From assembly GCA_964236955.1 (NCBI GenBank), contig CAXSGP010000102.1, positions 1 to 16,110 of the forward strand: a DNA stretch of 16,110 bases. The letters run 5' to 3'. The notes beneath the pieces are model-generated. The model had not been told where the DNA came from. It made no database searches and was given only the letters and a program-made list of their open reading frames with translations. The DNA is from an uncultured Oligoflexus sp. (lineage in GTDB: Bacteria; Bdellovibrionota_B; Oligoflexia; Oligoflexales; Oligoflexaceae). The position numbers and the translations under genes were made by a program. Of this stretch, positions 9,387 to 16,058 are shown one piece after another; the stretch's first letter is position 1, and every line of letters starts with the position of its first letter.

Positions 9387-9540
9387 GCAGGGTACCAACC
9401 GAGTGCGAACGCCCCTTGATTTAAAGCAGGGGGGAACGCCTTAACTAAATCGAACAGCGGTTGCCAAGTCAGCTATCATACGGTAGACGAAACGCTAAGT
9501 TAAGCTTTTGATCCCGCAGACAAGGAAGGTCGGCAAAAAA

Positions 9541-10107
9541 ATGGAAAAACAAACGGCAGAGGTTAAATCCTGGCTTAAAAACCTTCCCAATAAACTGACC
9601 TTTTTCCGCATCGCCGTCATCCCGTTTATCTGCGTCCTTTATCCCTGGGATGCAAAGGTTTTAAACATACTGTGCGCGGTGATCTTCGCGCTAGGAGCTC
9701 TTACCGATTTTTTTGACGGTTACCTGGCGAGGAAACTCAACAGCGTCAGTAAGATCGGTGAAATCCTCGATCCCATCTCGGATAAGTTACTGGTGGGCGC
9801 GGCTCTGGTTGTAATGGTGGGCGGTGGCGTGTTGAGCGCCTGGGTCACCGTCTTGATTCTCTCACGCGAGACTGCAGTCTCCGGCCTGCGTATGGCAGCA
9901 GCCGAGCAGGGTTTCTCGATCAAGGTCTCGAATCTTGGTAAAATCAAAACTTTTCTGCAGGACCTTTCGATCACGCTTTTGTTGACCCGTGAGCCAAGTA
10001 TCGAGACGGTTGGCATGATCATCCTTTGGGTTTCCATTGGCTTCGCCTATGTGTCGGGCTTTGAGTACTGGCAAAAATTCTGGGAAAGAAATCGGGATCA
10101 ATTTTAA
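9541..10107 (+). CDS. pgsA: CDP-diacylglycerol--glycerol-3-phosphate 3-phosphatidyltransferase
   Basis: NLPNKLTFFRI, the CDP-alcohol phosphotransferase motif TDFFDGYLARK...GEILDPISDK, RETAVSGLR and GKIKT. ATG 9541 has AGGAAGG upstream; the ORF track's TTG at 9508 is less likely. Confidence 0.95.
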   Translation: MEKQTAEVKSWLKNLPNKLTFFRIAVIPFICVLYPWDAKVLNILCAVIFALGALTDFFDGYLARKLNSVSKIGEILDPISDKLLVGAALVVMVGGGVLSAWVTVLILSRETAVSGLRMAAAEQGFSIKVSNLGKIKTFLQDLSITLLLTREPSIETVGMIILWVSIGFAYVSGFEYWQKFWERNRDQF

Positions 10108-10177
10108 TTTTCCTTATAATTACCGAACTTTAGAAAGATAAGGTCGCTCCTTTTCCAACTTTGACACTTCCCTACCC

Positions 10178-10204
10178 TCAACTTCTTGGTCGATTTGCCG
10201 ATAT
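10178..10204 (+). promoter_or_regulatory. Sigma-28-type promoter for the 275-aa unknown gene
   Basis: TCAA(10178-81)-N15-GCCGATAT(10197-10204), ending 34 nt before ATG 10239. Confidence 0.7.
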
Positions 10205-10238
10205 TTTAGTGAGTTCAACTATTTAGGGCTAAAGCCAT

Positions 10239-11066
10239 ATGACGGTGGTGGCGAAGAAAAAGCAGCGTTATGAGGGACTTATCCAGTTCCAAGACCCCTT
10301 GCGTCAAGCCTTGGTTTGTCTGCAGGCGGCGCTTGCTGAGCGCTTTACCACCGGTGCCCAACTCGAATTTCTAAAACAAAAAGATACCCCGGACGCCTCG
10401 CACTTTCTCCTGACCTCGGACGGCTCAAACGTTGGGGGGATGGGTGAAGGTCTTGAAGCCCGCCATCTCCTGATGCGGGTGGAACAACTTGATCAAAAGC
10501 TGCCGACCTGGGACAAGCCTGAATGTGAATCCAAGATCGCGGCCTGGCTTGATTCCAGCGATACGCTTGCCGCGCAGTATATCTTTCAGCTTCTGGCTCA
10601 GGCCGTCGCCATCACCTCTCAATTTGATTTGCAGCAGGTATCATCCTGGGGTGCAGAGACCTCGAACTGGCAAGGGCCACATCTCATTCAACACGAAAGT
10701 TGGCAAAGTCTCGAACGCCGGGACATGCTGAAAACATTTCAGGACGAAGCTGCCCCACTTTTCAAAAAAATTGATAAGCAAAATCTTACGACCGATGGTT
10801 GCTCGGTGACCCTCCATATCGAGGGTCCTACCGATCTCTCGTGGCAGGATCTTTCCATCACGGCTCTGGAGCGATTGGTAAAACCGAATCGCCATTTGAT
10901 TGCGGTCAATTATATATCGCAGCCGACCCCCCGTCTCCAAATCGCCTACATCACTCCTATGCGACTCCCCTTAAAAGATCTCCAGGCCTCGACCTTAAAA
11001 GGCTTCATGCTGCTTAGGGACATTAAAGAGGCAGCCAAAGTGGCAAAATCCGTGTTAGCTAGTTAG
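10239..11066 (+). CDS. Hypothetical protein (275 aa), possible degenerate FtsZ/tubulin-like fold
   Basis: Long ORF filling the gap, with its own promoter. The fold resemblance is by eye only (see findings). Confidence 0.8.
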   Translation: MTVVAKKKQRYEGLIQFQDPLRQALVCLQAALAERFTTGAQLEFLKQKDTPDASHFLLTSDGSNVGGMGEGLEARHLLMRVEQLDQKLPTWDKPECESKIAAWLDSSDTLAAQYIFQLLAQAVAITSQFDLQQVSSWGAETSNWQGPHLIQHESWQSLERRDMLKTFQDEAAPLFKKIDKQNLTTDGCSVTLHIEGPTDLSWQDLSITALERLVKPNRHLIAVNYISQPTPRLQIAYITPMRLPLKDLQASTLKGFMLLRDIKEAAKVAKSVLAS

Positions 11067-11319
11067 TGTCTGTCCGAAAATGGGGATGGCAAGGCGCGAG
11101 GCAGAAAAAAAGCGGAGTTTATTACCCATAAATGAGCATTTTTTTCTGCCGATGAAACGCAGCCAGCGCCATTTCCGGACGGACACTCGTTAGTGTCTGT
11201 CCGAAAATGGGGATGGCAAGGCGCGAGGCAGAAAAAAAGCGGAGTTTATTACCCATAAATGAGCATTTTTTTCTGCCGATGAAACGCAGCCAGCGCCATT
11301 TCCGGACGGACACTAGTTA
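11059..11319. mobile_element. Tandem dimer of a 127-bp palindromic MITE-like repeat (ERIC/RPE-like architecture)
   Basis: Two identical copies (11062-11187 and 11189-11314, period 127). Terminal IRs are TAGTGTCTGTCCGAAAATGG / CCATTTCCGGACGGACACTA (18/20). Inner IR is GGCAGAAAAAAA / TTTTTTTCTGCC. Boundaries read CTAGTTA / CTCGTTA / CTAGTTA. Confidence 0.85.
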
Positions 11320-11343
11320 AGGCAGACAATAAAGAGCTTGACC

Positions 11344-11372
11344 GTGACAGATGACGCGAATGCCTTTATACT
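11344..11372 (+). promoter_or_regulatory. Probable sigma-70 promoter for the membrane protein gene
   Basis: GTGACA-N17-TATACT, ending 33 nt before ATG 11406. Confidence 0.5.
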
Positions 11373-11405
11373 TCATTGAATCAATTCATAAACGCGTAGG
11401 TTTTT

Positions 11406-11948
11406 ATGGCTATTCCTCAAATTGATGCAGGCAACTGCACTATTGTCGTCACGCTGTGTTTATGGCTTTGGACGCGCTTGAAGCTACCGGATGGATGCCA
11501 CTATCAGGAATCCAGCCTAAGACGGCAGAATGCCATCGCGTCTTGGGCTTTCGTAGCTTTGATCACCATTCAGGTTCTGGGTTTTTTTGCGTCCAACCCA
11601 TGGATAGAAACCTTTATTGCCGGATCCAGTGCGCTCATACTCTTTGGCTTTGCGGTTACCGCTTATAGAAATGATGGTGGTTTTTGGTCGAAAAGACGCA
11701 ATCAGGGGGCAGGCCTTGCCGTCATTCTAGCCTTGGCCTTTTTCGCGGAAACGCTGATTGCCCTGCCCAATTTTATTCCCGTGCTCAGTGCTTTGGCCAT
11801 CAGCCATCTATGCCGAAAACGTTATATTCAAATCGTCGTATCGAGTGTTAAAGATCTGGAAGCGATTCATGCCAAGCTGCTAAAACAAGAGGCTTCCTTT
11901 CAAAATACCCGCAACTTTGACAATTTTCGCATCAAAAAAACTTCCTAA
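11406..11948 (+). CDS. Hypothetical integral membrane protein (about 5 TM helices, C-terminal soluble helix)
   Basis: Multiple hydrophobic segments (IVVTLCLWLW; AIASWAFVALITIQVLGFF; TFIAGSSALILFGFAVTAY; GAGLAVILALAFFA; IALPNFIPVLSALAI). Confidence 0.75.
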   Translation: MAIPQIDAGNCTIVVTLCLWLWTRLKLPDGCHYQESSLRRQNAIASWAFVALITIQVLGFFASNPWIETFIAGSSALILFGFAVTAYRNDGGFWSKRRNQGAGLAVILALAFFAETLIALPNFIPVLSALAISHLCRKRYIQIVVSSVKDLEAIHAKLLKQEASFQNTRNFDNFRIKKTS

Positions 11949-12049
11949 ATCCTTGCCGTCTTTACTTGACAAGCACTCAGCTTGACACTCCGATCCCGGG
12001 TCCCTAGACTTGGCCCGAAGGCTCGTCAACCCTTGGAGATTTCGGCATC

Positions 12050-13024
12050 GTGAAGACCTTACATGTAGTTTCAATTTGTAATGCACTCGTCGATATCCTC
12101 GTCACCGCCAGCGAGCAGGATATTCAAAGCCTGGGCTTGAATAAGGGCATCATGCATCTTGTCGACGATGCCAGACAGCAGGACGTAATCGCTCACTTTA
12201 AAAATGCCAAGACCACGAAAGAACTCGGCGGTTCCAGCATGAATGCCATCCGTACGCTCGCCGCTTTGGGAGCAAAGACGTCTTTTGCGGGCACGATCGG
12301 CTCCGACACTTATGGCGACCTGATTCAAAGCCGCATGAAAGATCTCGCCATCGCCTCTCACCTGCAAAAGGTATCAGCGCACACCGGCCTGTGCTTTATC
12401 CTCGTCACTCCAGATGGTGAACGAACAATGAACACCAGCCTGGGCGCAAGCTGTCTCTTCGATGAAAAAATAGTTCCCGTATCCGATATCCAAGCCGCTA
12501 AAATCTTCCATTTCTCCGGCTATCAATGGGCTAATGCTTCGCAGATCGCGGCGATCAAGCGCGCCCTCAAGGTCGCCAAGGAAGCCGGTACGCTGGTGTC
12601 CTTCGATGTTGCCGATCCCTTCGTCTGCAGAAATTCCCGAGCGGAATTTATTCAGGTCATCGAAGACTATGCGGATATCGTCTTTGCCAATCGTGAGGAG
12701 GCTCACCTCCTTTATGAATCAAGTCCCGAACAGGCCTGCAATCGCATCACTGGCAGCGGCGCGATCGCGGCCATTAAACTAGGTGCGGAAGGGGCTTTGA
12801 TCGGTCAAGGCAGGGACCGCTTCACGATCAAACCTGTCGCCACCACAGTTGTCGATACGACCGGTGCCGGCGATATGTTCGCCTCCGGATTTCTCTATGG
12901 AATGTGTCAGGGCAAATCAGTCGAAGCTGCCGGTACTATCGCGGCAACTCTCGCGAGCGATGTGATCAGCCGACTCGGCGCCAGCGTGTCCGATCAAGGT
13001 TTGAAGCGGGCGAAAGCGCTTTGA
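12050..13024 (+). CDS. PfkB/ribokinase-family kinase (adenosine kinase-like)
   Basis: ICNALVDI, LGGSSMN, AGTIGSDTYG, TPDGERTMNTSLGA, FANREEA, KLGAEG and the PfkB signature VVDTTGAGDMFASGF. GGAGA RBS before GTG. Confidence 0.93.
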   Translation: MKTLHVVSICNALVDILVTASEQDIQSLGLNKGIMHLVDDARQQDVIAHFKNAKTTKELGGSSMNAIRTLAALGAKTSFAGTIGSDTYGDLIQSRMKDLAIASHLQKVSAHTGLCFILVTPDGERTMNTSLGASCLFDEKIVPVSDIQAAKIFHFSGYQWANASQIAAIKRALKVAKEAGTLVSFDVADPFVCRNSRAEFIQVIEDYADIVFANREEAHLLYESSPEQACNRITGSGAIAAIKLGAEGALIGQGRDRFTIKPVATTVVDTTGAGDMFASGFLYGMCQGKSVEAAGTIAATLASDVISRLGASVSDQGLKRAKAL

Positions 13025-13104
13025 TTTAAGCTCTGAGATAGTGAAATGAGCGTGCGCCGAGTGAGAATGCCAGCGGCAGGCAAGAGTCCGTCACCCGGCA
13101 TTTT

Positions 13105-13404
13105 CTACCAGGGAACCGCTTCTTTTTTTAAAGTCGGGTATCGCAATTGAGCCTGCCCGTTCACAGAAAATTCACCTCCCTGAATCAAATGCCAATAAAA
13201 CGCGTCGGCTTCTTTTTTCTGAGTGAAGATCGCATGAGCGAGGCGGAATTCCTTCAGGGCAGGCACGGTATACTGCACAGCAATGCGGACCCGGCCATCA
13301 TCCAGGGATTCCCACCATACTTTGTTGGCGGAAAAGGCGAAAAGCGGCGTGGGGACAAGGCCTAAAGCCAGGGTAATGAAGCCAATCAAAGCCCGCATGC
13401 GCAT
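13105..13404 (-). CDS. Small secreted hypothetical protein (Sec signal peptide)
   Basis: Strong RBS GAGGAGGAG. N-terminus MRMRALIGFITLALGLVPTPLFA|FS looks like an SPase I signal. Confidence 0.8.
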   Translation of the reverse strand: MRMRALIGFITLALGLVPTPLFAFSANKVWWESLDDGRVRIAVQYTVPALKEFRLAHAIFTQKKEADAFYWHLIQGGEFSVNGQAQLRYPTLKKEAVPW

Positions 13405-13428
13405 CGAGCGCTCCTCCTCTTCTCATCT

Positions 13429-13455
13429 CCATCGGCCCAAAATAAAGGTTCTGTA
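13429..13455 (-). promoter_or_regulatory. Possible sigma-28-type promoter for the 99-aa secreted protein
   Basis: Minus strand TACA-N15-GCCGATGG, ending 24 nt before ATG 13404. Confidence 0.45.
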
Positions 13456-13569
13456 GAGACCCTCAGTGAAGTCTCATGACAATTTTGGTAGTTTGGGTTA
13501 CAAGCATTTCTCTACTTCGCGTTAGACACGTGAGCAACATACCTTTCGTTTGGCGATAAAGAAGGAATT

Positions 13570-14319
13570 ATGTCGGAAGATCAAAAGCAAAAGCAAAAGC
13601 AAAAGCCTGTTTTCTGGAGTCCCGAAAACCTGCGTCAACTCACTATTTTCTTGGTCCTAATCCTGGCCTTTCGATGGTCTGTCGCATCTCCCTACCACGT
13701 TCCGACTGCCTCGATGGAACCCACGATTAAAGTGGGGGACCGTTTGCTTGCTTACAAATTGGCTTATGATCTGAAGGTACCCTTCCTCGATTATACCCTG
13801 GTCTCGTGGGCTGAGCCGAAGCGAGGCGACATCATCGTTTTCAAGTATCCCAAGGAACCGGATGTCGACTACGTTAAACGGATCGTAGGACTGCCTGGCG
13901 ATAGGATCCGGGTTGAGAATAATTTGCTTTATATCAACGGCACGGTGCAGGAGCGCACCGATCACGAAAGCGATCGATCCATTCTTGCCGATATCCATGA
14001 CAATCCTGATATTAAAACCCTTTCCGTCGAAAAACTCGGCGACTTGGATCACTGGGTGATACAGGATAAGGGCAGCAATGCGATGTTCTCGCTCAGCATG
14101 AAATATCCTTCTGATGGGGGCGAATATACGGTTCCCGAAAAATCGTTTTTCGTAATGGGTGACAATAGGGACAACTCGACCGATTCACGATCTTGGGGCC
14201 AAGTGCCTCGCGATTACGTGAAGGGTAAGGCGCTATTTGTGATGTGGAGTATGTTTACTGCGGACGACGGATTCTGGCCGCACCTCCGATGGGATAGATT
14301 CGGGCACGGATTGCGCTAA
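13570..14319 (+). CDS. lepB: Signal peptidase I
   Basis: Single N-terminal TM, catalytic Ser box VPTASMEPTIKVGD, RGDIIVF, catalytic Lys DYVKRIVGLPGD and FVMGDNRDNSTDSRSWG. AAGGAA RBS. Confidence 0.96.
   Translation: MSEDQKQKQKQKPVFWSPENLRQLTIFLVLILAFRWSVASPYHVPTASMEPTIKVGDRLLAYKLAYDLKVPFLDYTLVSWAEPKRGDIIVFKYPKEPDVDYVKRIVGLPGDRIRVENNLLYINGTVQERTDHESDRSILADIHDNPDIKTLSVEKLGDLDHWVIQDKGSNAMFSLSMKYPSDGGEYTVPEKSFFVMGDNRDNSTDSRSWGQVPRDYVKGKALFVMWSMFTADDGFWPHLRWDRFGHGLR
13582..13605 (+). repeat. (CAAAAG)x4 in-frame microsatellite in the lepB 5' end, encoding QKQKQKQK
   Basis: Direct reading: caaaag caaaag caaaag caaaag. Confidence 0.9.
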
Positions 14320-14364
14320 GTCGCATATTTGTCTTGGCAAATTACTTCGGCTCATTCCTACAGC

Positions 14365-14391
14365 TCAACTGTCTCGAAATTCTGCCGACTA
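14365..14391 (+). promoter_or_regulatory. Sigma-28-type promoter for the ~101-aa unknown gene
   Basis: TCAA(14365-68)-N15-GCCGACTA(14384-91), followed by RBS AGGAGG at 14405-14410. Confidence 0.65.
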
Positions 14392-14416
14392 GTAAGAGAG
14401 AGACAGGAGGATGCTT

Positions 14417-14722
14417 ATGAAAGAACTAGTGCAAGCAGACGACGTGGTTTTCGCAAAAGAATATTGGACCGGTGATTCCCGTGATGGGCGACTTGTCAAT
14501 GGCGATGGCTATCATTACTACCGTATCACCCGCGATGGCAAGATCCTGGATGCCTACGAGTACTATGAGAAAGAGGACGGCAGCTTTGTAGTTTCGCCGC
14601 TACCCGAGATGCGCAACGTTCACTGGATCGAAGATATGGGTTTCGAAGATCTCGAAGTTCTGGACTTCATTCCCGAGACCGAGTATCTCCGGATCAAAGA
14701 AGCTAACGCACGCCATGTCTAG
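14417..14722 (+). CDS. Hypothetical acidic, aromatic-rich protein (101 aa)
   Basis: Perfect AGGAGG RBS 6 nt before ATG 14417 (ATG 14411 abuts the RBS). It has its own promoter and a downstream terminator. Confidence 0.85.
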   Translation: MKELVQADDVVFAKEYWTGDSRDGRLVNGDGYHYYRITRDGKILDAYEYYEKEDGSFVVSPLPEMRNVHWIEDMGFEDLEVLDFIPETEYLRIKEANARHV

Positions 14723-14785
14723 GTTTTAAAAGCTTTTTATAGGGCAAGGAAATTTTGCCCTTCTCGATCGATTTCATGAAGTTTC

Positions 14786-14818
14786 AGCCGCAACCAGACC
14801 ATCTGGCTGCGGCTTTTT
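14786..14818 (+). terminator. Rho-independent terminator (+ strand)
   Basis: Stem AGCCGCAACCAGA / TCTGGCTGCGGCT (one mismatch) followed by a T-tract. Confidence 0.7.
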
Positions 14819-14835
14819 CCATGGGGAAGGTTCCT

Positions 14836-14869
14836 AAAAAAAGCCCGGATTCTTAGGGGAACCAGGGCC
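14836..14869 (-). terminator. Rho-independent terminator (- strand)
   Basis: Minus strand GGCCCTGGTTC-loop-GAATCCGGGCT followed by T6. Confidence 0.6.
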
Positions 14870-14955
14870 TTACAGTTGCTTCGGCTCAGAAATAATGAGC
14901 CTTTGCGGTTGGAATGGGCACGGGCAGCCTCATGATTTCTGAACCGAAGCGCATA

Positions 14956-15180
14956 CTAAACTTCGCCAGCTTCGGATTCGGCACCAGAGGCCTCTTCCAC
15001 GCGGCGTTCAAGTATGTGTCGATACCAGGACAGGGTCTGCTCGATCAACCATTGGTTGGCTTGATACTGCTGGGCGGGAACAATTTCATCGCAGTAATCG
15101 CGCAGGTCAATCTCGGTGCCACCTGCATTGACGCGAATCCACTCTTTTACGGACTTTTTGAACCTATTCACATCGAACAT
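14956..15180 (-). CDS. Small hypothetical protein (74 aa from ATG 15180; 87 aa if GTG 15219 is used), predicted helical
   Basis: MFDVNRFKKSVKEWIRVN... has amphipathic helical character. GGAGTGGGG lies upstream of ATG 15180. It is flanked by a sigma-28-type promoter and a minus-strand terminator. Confidence 0.75.
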   Translation of the reverse strand: MFDVNRFKKSVKEWIRVNAGGTEIDLRDYCDEIVPAQQYQANQWLIEQTLSWYRHILERRVEEASGAESEAGEV

Positions 15181-15269
15181 AAGACGATTGACCCCACTCC
15201 GTCCCAAGCCTTCATCCACTGTTTTAGTTACATGACAGGCTACTTGGATTTTGTTACCTTTGATTTCCT

Positions 15270-15296
15270 AATTCGGCTAAAAACAGAATCACTTGA
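15270..15296 (-). promoter_or_regulatory. Sigma-28-type promoter for the 74-aa unknown gene
   Basis: Minus strand TCAA(15296-93)-N15-GCCGAATT(15277-70). Confidence 0.6.
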
Positions 15297-15329
15297 GGCA
15301 AAACTTGCCGGTCCTGACAGGAAAACTCT

Positions 15330-16007
15330 ATGGCCACTTCTCTAAATCCCCGAATTCTCTTTCAACTCGACAAGGTTTTTCTAGGTGAGCAATTTGTGAC
15401 CGGCGACGTTTTTCAGCTCCTGGGCAAACCACTGACGGCTTTTATCGTTCGGTTGCTCAAAGATCATGGCGTCAGCGACCAACCCGTCATCAAAGGGCGC
15501 GTGCATCCGCAGGCCCTGCTTGAAGGCGCTGTTTATGTTGCCGAAGGGGCGGAAGTTGGACCTTTCACCTATATTCAAGGCCCAAGTTTCATCGGTCCGG
15601 GCGCCGAAGTCCGCCATGGTGCCTTTATAAGAGGCTCAGTCTTCATAGGCGCCAAGGCAGTCGTCGGCCATACGACTGAAGTCAAAGGATCCATTTTTTT
15701 TGACGAGGCAAAAGCCGGACACTTCGCTTACGTCGGCGATTCCATTTTAGGCCATGACGTGAATCTTGGTGCCGGCACCAAGCTCGCCAACCTTAAGCTT
15801 CGCGGCAACGAAGTTTCTGTCATTCATCCTGAGACCGATGAAAAAATAAATTCAGGTTTAAGGAAATTTGGTGCGCTCGTCGGAGATAAGGCGCAAACGG
15901 GTTGCAACGCAGTCCTGTCGCCTGGGACTATATTGATGCCTTCGACATGGGTCTTGCCCACAGTGCATTACCTGGGGACCTTAAAACGTGGCTTCGCCAA
16001 ATCCTAG
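15330..16007 (+). CDS. Stand-alone left-handed beta-helix (hexapeptide repeat) acyltransferase, similar to the GlmU C-terminal domain
   Basis: Hexapeptide repeats (VYVAEG AEVGPF TYIQGP SFIGPG AEVRHG AFIRGS), plus EVKGS, AGHFAYVGDSILGHDVNLGAGTKLAN and RKFGALVGD. There is no N-terminal nucleotidyltransferase GxGTR motif. Confidence 0.88.
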   Translation: MATSLNPRILFQLDKVFLGEQFVTGDVFQLLGKPLTAFIVRLLKDHGVSDQPVIKGRVHPQALLEGAVYVAEGAEVGPFTYIQGPSFIGPGAEVRHGAFIRGSVFIGAKAVVGHTTEVKGSIFFDEAKAGHFAYVGDSILGHDVNLGAGTKLANLKLRGNEVSVIHPETDEKINSGLRKFGALVGDKAQTGCNAVLSPGTILMPSTWVLPTVHYLGTLKRGFAKS

Positions 16008-16058
16008 GGCTTGGCCTGCGCCCATTCGAAACGACGGTATTTCGGATTGTCCAAGGGC

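Noticed and set aside
9278..9540. 6S RNA or NAD+ riboswitch in the nadB-pgsA intergenic region
   Set aside because: Hairpins are present (9339-9396 and about 9412-9433), but I could not recognise a ~180-nt 6S rod with a central bubble or any riboswitch consensus. An Rfam scan would be needed.
11122..11313. 63-aa minus-strand ORF
   Set aside because: It lies wholly within the palindromic repeat dimer, with no RBS or coding signature.
11059..11319. CRISPR array interpretation of the 127-bp repeats
   Set aside because: The units are far too long, are directly adjacent with no unique spacers, and there are no cas genes.
314..14052. Numerous 60-160 aa ORFs antisense or out of frame within the kinase, MCP, flagellin, App1-like gene, FKBP, nadB, pgsA, PfkB kinase and lepB
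   Set aside because: These are shadow ORFs fully nested in well-supported genes, with no independent signals.
14914..15345. 143-aa plus-strand ORF
   Set aside because: It is antisense to the 74-aa gene, which has a promoter, RBS and terminator. It also spans an AT-rich promoter region and overlaps the next gene's start.
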